This document shows positions 59,996 to 64,000 of a stretch of DNA of 64,000 bases, in pieces (position 1 is the first letter of the stretch; the number at the start of each line of letters is the position of its first letter). Source of the DNA: Podarcis cretensis (taxonomy: Eukaryota); assembly GCA_951804945.1 (NCBI GenBank), contig OX638150.1, positions 58,776,001 to 58,840,000 of the forward strand. The letters run 5' to 3'. The translations under genes were made by a program, and so were the position numbers. Under the pieces are notes generated by a model. The model searched no databases. It was not told where the DNA came from and saw nothing but the letters and a program-made list of their open reading frames with translations.

Positions 59996-60660
59996 TAACA
60001 GACAGGCTAGGGTGGTGTTGACCTGAATCCCCAGCTTACCTGGCAAAAATTCCCACTGGTGTAAACAGTATGTCAAATCCAAAGTTCAACAGTCAGAAAA
60101 CATGGTCCGGGGGGTCAATAAAAGTAAGCAAAGTCTGAAGTCCAGCAGTCAGGAAACACAGTCCAGAATCAAACCCCAAGTGCAGTCCTGTAGAAGTCCT
60201 GGAGCAGCCAAAATGAGGTCCCTCAACATGGGACCCTTCAGCTCTGCTTCCCTTTTATACTTTGCATGTGGATTGCAGCATCTGGGCTTGATAAGACCTG
60301 TTTCAAGCCCATTCCAGCTTTGGACTCAAACCCTGTCAGTGTTTGTAAAAAGCAAAAAAAAGAGGGAAAGGCTTCTGACCTCCCTTTGTCTCTTCAGCCT
60401 GGTCCTTGGACCCTTGTCTGCATAAAAGAGTCCACGAGAATATCCTTGCAGAGTTTTATTCTTAAAAGTCTTTGTGCAAAACACGACTGAACAACTATAC
60501 ACACCAGCACCAATCAACCAACCAACCCAAACACCAGCCTCAGCACCAAACTAACATTTCTCACTATACAGATAGGTAGCCGTGTTGGTCTGCCATAGTC
60601 AAAACAAAATAAAAAAATTCCTTCCAGTAGCACCTTAAAGACCAACTAAGTTAGTTCTTG

Positions 60661-60698
60661 GTATGAGCTTTCGTGTGCATGCACACTTCTTCAGATAC
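60661..60698 (-). ncRNA. Minimal type I hammerhead ribozyme motif (mirror copy)
   Basis: Exact reverse complement of 60711-60748. Confidence 0.7.
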
Positions 60699-60710
60699 TT
60701 CTGTTTCAGT

Positions 60711-60748
60711 GTATCTGAAGAAGTGTGCATGCACACGAAAGCTCATAC
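60711..60748 (+). ncRNA. Minimal type I hammerhead ribozyme motif
   Basis: GUAU-CUGAAGA-A-GUGUGC(AU)GCACAC-GAAA-GC-UC^AUAC: helix I GUAU/AUAC, core CUGANGA and GAAA, 6-bp helix II, palindromic AGCU in place of helix III. Confidence 0.7.
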
Positions 60749-60999
60749 CAAGAACTAACTTAGTTGGTCTTTAAGGTGCTACTGGAAGGAATTTTTTTAT
60801 TTCTCACTATATATATACAGCCTGCTGCAAGCCGCTGAGTCATGCTGACCCAGCTTTATTCGCATTAAAAAAACAGCAGCCATTTTAGCCGTGACAAACC
60901 CCTCCTCCCAGAGCCAGCGAGCCCCTCCTGGGCTGTGGGGCCTTGCCTTCCTCAGCCTGCCACTGCTCTCTATGCTTCACACAACCATGCAGCTCATCA

Positions 61000-61137
61000 G
61001 ATGACCTTGGGCCAGTTACAGTCTCTCAGGCTAACCTACCTCACAGGGTTGTAGAGAGGATAAAATGGAGGAAAGAGAGCTATGTACACCACCTTGAGCT
61101 CCTTGGAGGAAAGGTGGGATAGAAACGTAATAATAAT
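61000..61137 (+). mobile_element. Squamate SINE (Squam3/CORE-like) 3' half
   Basis: gaccttgggccagt..cctacctcacagggttgt..gagctccttggaggaaaggtggga..taataat; reverse complement of the family at 16750-17450. Confidence 0.65.
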
Positions 61138-63779
61138 GTCATGGCATAAGCTGCAACCCACAGGAGAATTGCCCTGCGCAAGTTCCCATTCTTGTCAAGG
61201 AGACTCGTGTAAGAGAACTTCCCAGAGGACTGGGCCTATAAGAATGAATTGCAAGTCAGCCCCCATCTGATAATTAATCAGGTACACAGACGTATATAAT
61301 GTGTAAATTAAGGGGCAAAAAAGGTAAAAGGTAAATACCCTAACAAATGACCTGACAAGGTTCCAGGACCTGCAGAATGTGGGTGGCAGTCGAGACCAGA
61401 AAGAAACAGGAGCAGAAGGTGCCTAAAGGAACAAGAAGTCAACCAGATTGTGCGACTCTGCCAATTCTATGGTTGGAAGCAGCATGTTAGAGTCTCTGTG
61501 GAGGAGGTGGGAAAGTTAAATGGAGAGCAGGGAGAAAATGGCCTGTAAAAGCTGCTTTGTAGCATGTAGGCTGAAAAGGGTGGCTTAGGGTAGTGGAATT
61601 GCATGACCTGAATGTAAACCCCACTTCCCGCTGCATAGGAATGTTTCCGGAGGAATGACATTTCCCTCCTTTTTTATTCTCCTCTACACACACACACCAT
61701 AAAATGCTCAGGTTCCAAGTCTACTGCTATGTAGCATATAATGGGAAGGAAAAGGTGTTCCTCTCCCTTACCTGAAACTTCCCTCTTTCCATCAAGTTCT
61801 GAAGAGGCCTACAAGGCTCCTGTTCCAGGCTGGCTGGATCTGTGAACAGAAGCACTCCTTTTAGGGGTGAGGGATGCACTGCAACATTATGTTGCAGATC
61901 CCGCATCATTTAAATGCCACTTTTGCCTTGAAATATTTATTATGTTCACAGGCCACACACTACCACCACCCTGGGCTGATAGAGAGGGTGGACATCAACG
62001 TGGAGCTAAGGGGATCATTCTGTCAACATAAACATTCCTGCTTGCCAGATTGAATGAACTCCCCTTTCCTCCCACCATGCACTGCTCTGGGAGTTTTTCT
62101 GATCCTCCAATGTGGCTTTGTTGGGGGAGGAGAGTGGGGAAAGCCCCACTGTGCTAGCAGGAGTCTTTGCACTGGCTTCCACAAATGGATCCAGGTGGCT
62201 AAATCTGACCCCAATTGTCCAAGGCTACACATTGGACTCCAGTACAAGTGAACATTCTATATCTAGTTCCTCCATCCCAACCCACACCCCAGGGGCTCTC
62301 AATTCAACTTCAGGTGGTGATGTGAATGCTAAACCAACCATGACCACAATGCTCATTTCCATTATGAATGTATTTCTGCTACAATTAGACATTAGCATAG
62401 ATGGGGCAGGAAAACCGCAGCGGTGATATGTGAGTGCCTAACTCTGTTTGCTGGACTCTGTTGGCTTCCTGATTACTATATCCAGCCCTAAGTTTCCCAG
62501 GACTATTTGTGACAGGTTTTGGGAGGACTTGCTGGAGGGCAGATGATCTAATGTTTTTCATGCAAAAAAAGAAAAGAAATACCCTATCAAGGTACATCAC
62601 GACTCTTCACATCAATAAAGTATATTTTTGTGAGTCAGATTTAGGGCAGTCTCCAAGAAGGCAATTTCAGCAAAGAACCACTAAAAAAACAAAAAAAGTA
62701 AAAAATAAAGGAGGCTTAAAAAGTGGAGAATTATTGTTGTACATTGAGTTTTAATGATGTCATAATAGCTAGCCAGCTGTGCTTCTCCTTTGAAACAATG
62801 AATTACCCTACTGCCATTATAACAGGTACTAGGGAAACAGACGTTCCAAAAAGATGGAGGCTAAAAGGGCACTCATGCAGATTGGCCATTAGCGGCTTTG
62901 CTCTTGAGGCTGAAATTGTCAGATCAATAAAGCTGAATTTTCCCTGAAAGTCAATCAAGTTAAGTAGCAAAATAACACATGCATACAATGTTGCAACTCC
63001 TGCCAAAAAGATACAGAAGATAACTGCTTTCAGAGCCTCCCTCAGCAAATCCATCTGGACATAAATGAGACGTTGATCCAAATGTACCCGAGCAATTCAT
63101 TATCCCTCATTAAGGGTTATCCAACACACAGTGCTCCCAATTGCTAGAAATTCAAATTTAGCAAAGGGGGATAAAGAGCCAGCATCCAAGGTCACGTTTG
63201 ATTCTCCTATCCGTGGGATGGATGAGCCATGTTTTCCAGGCAGTGATCTGACAGGTGTCATGAGGCAGGCATCCCTGGTCCCTGCCCCTCTTTATCAGCA
63301 CACCAGCCACTTTCATCTGCTTGGAGATGAAGGTGGCTCCGTAACTGCAAACTGTGGGAAGCTTAAGAAACCAAGGGGAGGGACCAAAGGAAGAAATGGA
63401 GATGACTTATTCCAGAGTCTGAAAATAGAACATGATCCAAGGGGGAAGCACTGCAGAGCTAGAACTGCGACCAAGTTTCCAGAGTATTCATACACCTTCT
63501 ATACTGTGTCTCCTTCTCTTCCCTTCCCCCTTTCTCTCTGCTGTTTTCTTTTGCTTTACAAGCATCTTAATTAAGGTCCAATTAGCATATGGGCTTTTCT
63601 CTCCCTCTCCACATTGACTGCCTGACTGGGTCTCCAAAGTCCAAACGACACATGTGACAACCCGCTTTCTTACCCAAATTTCTGCTCCTATATTGCACTT
63701 CTTTACATGGTCCTTGTGCATATATCTTTGCCTAGTAAGTTGCCACTGAATTTATAATTCTTCTGATGTGCTAGCAAGA

Positions 63780-64000
63780 GGTGGGGGAGAATCTTGATCC
63801 AGTTCACATCTCAGTGCAAAGCTCCCTGATTTGCACTTCCTAGAACAATATGAGATCCAAAATTCATCTATCCTTAGAAATCAAAATGCCTGTATTTGTG
63901 AACATACACAAATGCATTTTATTAAATGGCATGCAAAAAAACCCTGTATATTTGGCAAAATTGCACGCAAAAAGGTATACATATCAGGAGAAGAAATGCT
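63780..64000. mobile_element. Partial copy of the hAT-like family at 55319-55730, running off the window
   Basis: Shared ggggagaa..cagttcaca..ttgcactt..caatatg..ccaaaa and aaatgcat motifs. Confidence 0.5.

Larger units (their letters stand above)
60569..60798. mobile_element. Penelope-like retroelement remnant (inverted pseudo-LTR pair)
   Basis: Perfect 92-bp inverted arms 60607-60698 / 60711-60802; 13-bp direct flank atttctcactata (60556-60568 / 60799-60811). Sequence resembles squamate Penelope termini from memory. Confidence 0.8.

Noticed and set aside
60070-60300. Possible decayed LTR on the minus strand (TATAAAA at ~60253-60259)
   Set aside because: No defined TG...CA ends or TSD; too weak to call.
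51200-64000. 3' exons of a downstream neighbour (SAR1B follows JADE2 in human)
   Set aside because: No SAR1-like or other recognisable coding sequence seen on either strand.

Overview
Vertebrate genomic DNA, almost certainly from a squamate. The Sauria SINE subfamilies suggest a lacertid lizard; this is an inference from repeat content. The window holds the 3' two-thirds of the JADE2 (PHF15) gene on the + strand. Seven GT-AG coding exons (11184-11395, 15840-16007, 16469-16585, 24228-24689, 35187-35304, 43743-43871, 45347-46239) splice in frame (2099 nt; the first exon starts in phase 1). They encode the PHD-Zn knuckle-PHD (PZP) region and the C-terminus. A probable ~4.9 kb 3' UTR follows, ending near AATAAA at 51109. 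Three of the exons are absent from the ORF track, including a basic 129-nt frame-preserving cassette exon. The 5' exons lie upstream of the window, and I recognise no other host gene. The rest is intronic or intergenic DNA with six Sauria SINEs, BovB/CR1/L2 fragments, hAT and Tc1/mariner-type MITEs, a probable solo LTR and microsatellites. The most notable accessory signals are: (1) a Penelope-like insertion at 60569-60798 forming a perfect 92-bp-arm palindrome, each arm carrying a minimal hammerhead ribozyme motif; (2) a hAT MITE carrying telomere-like TTAGGG repeats; (3) a fossil PIF/Harbinger-like element with a Myb/SANT (trihelix) ORF. All calls are by eye; no searches were run. I found nothing I can show to be a wholly undescribed system.
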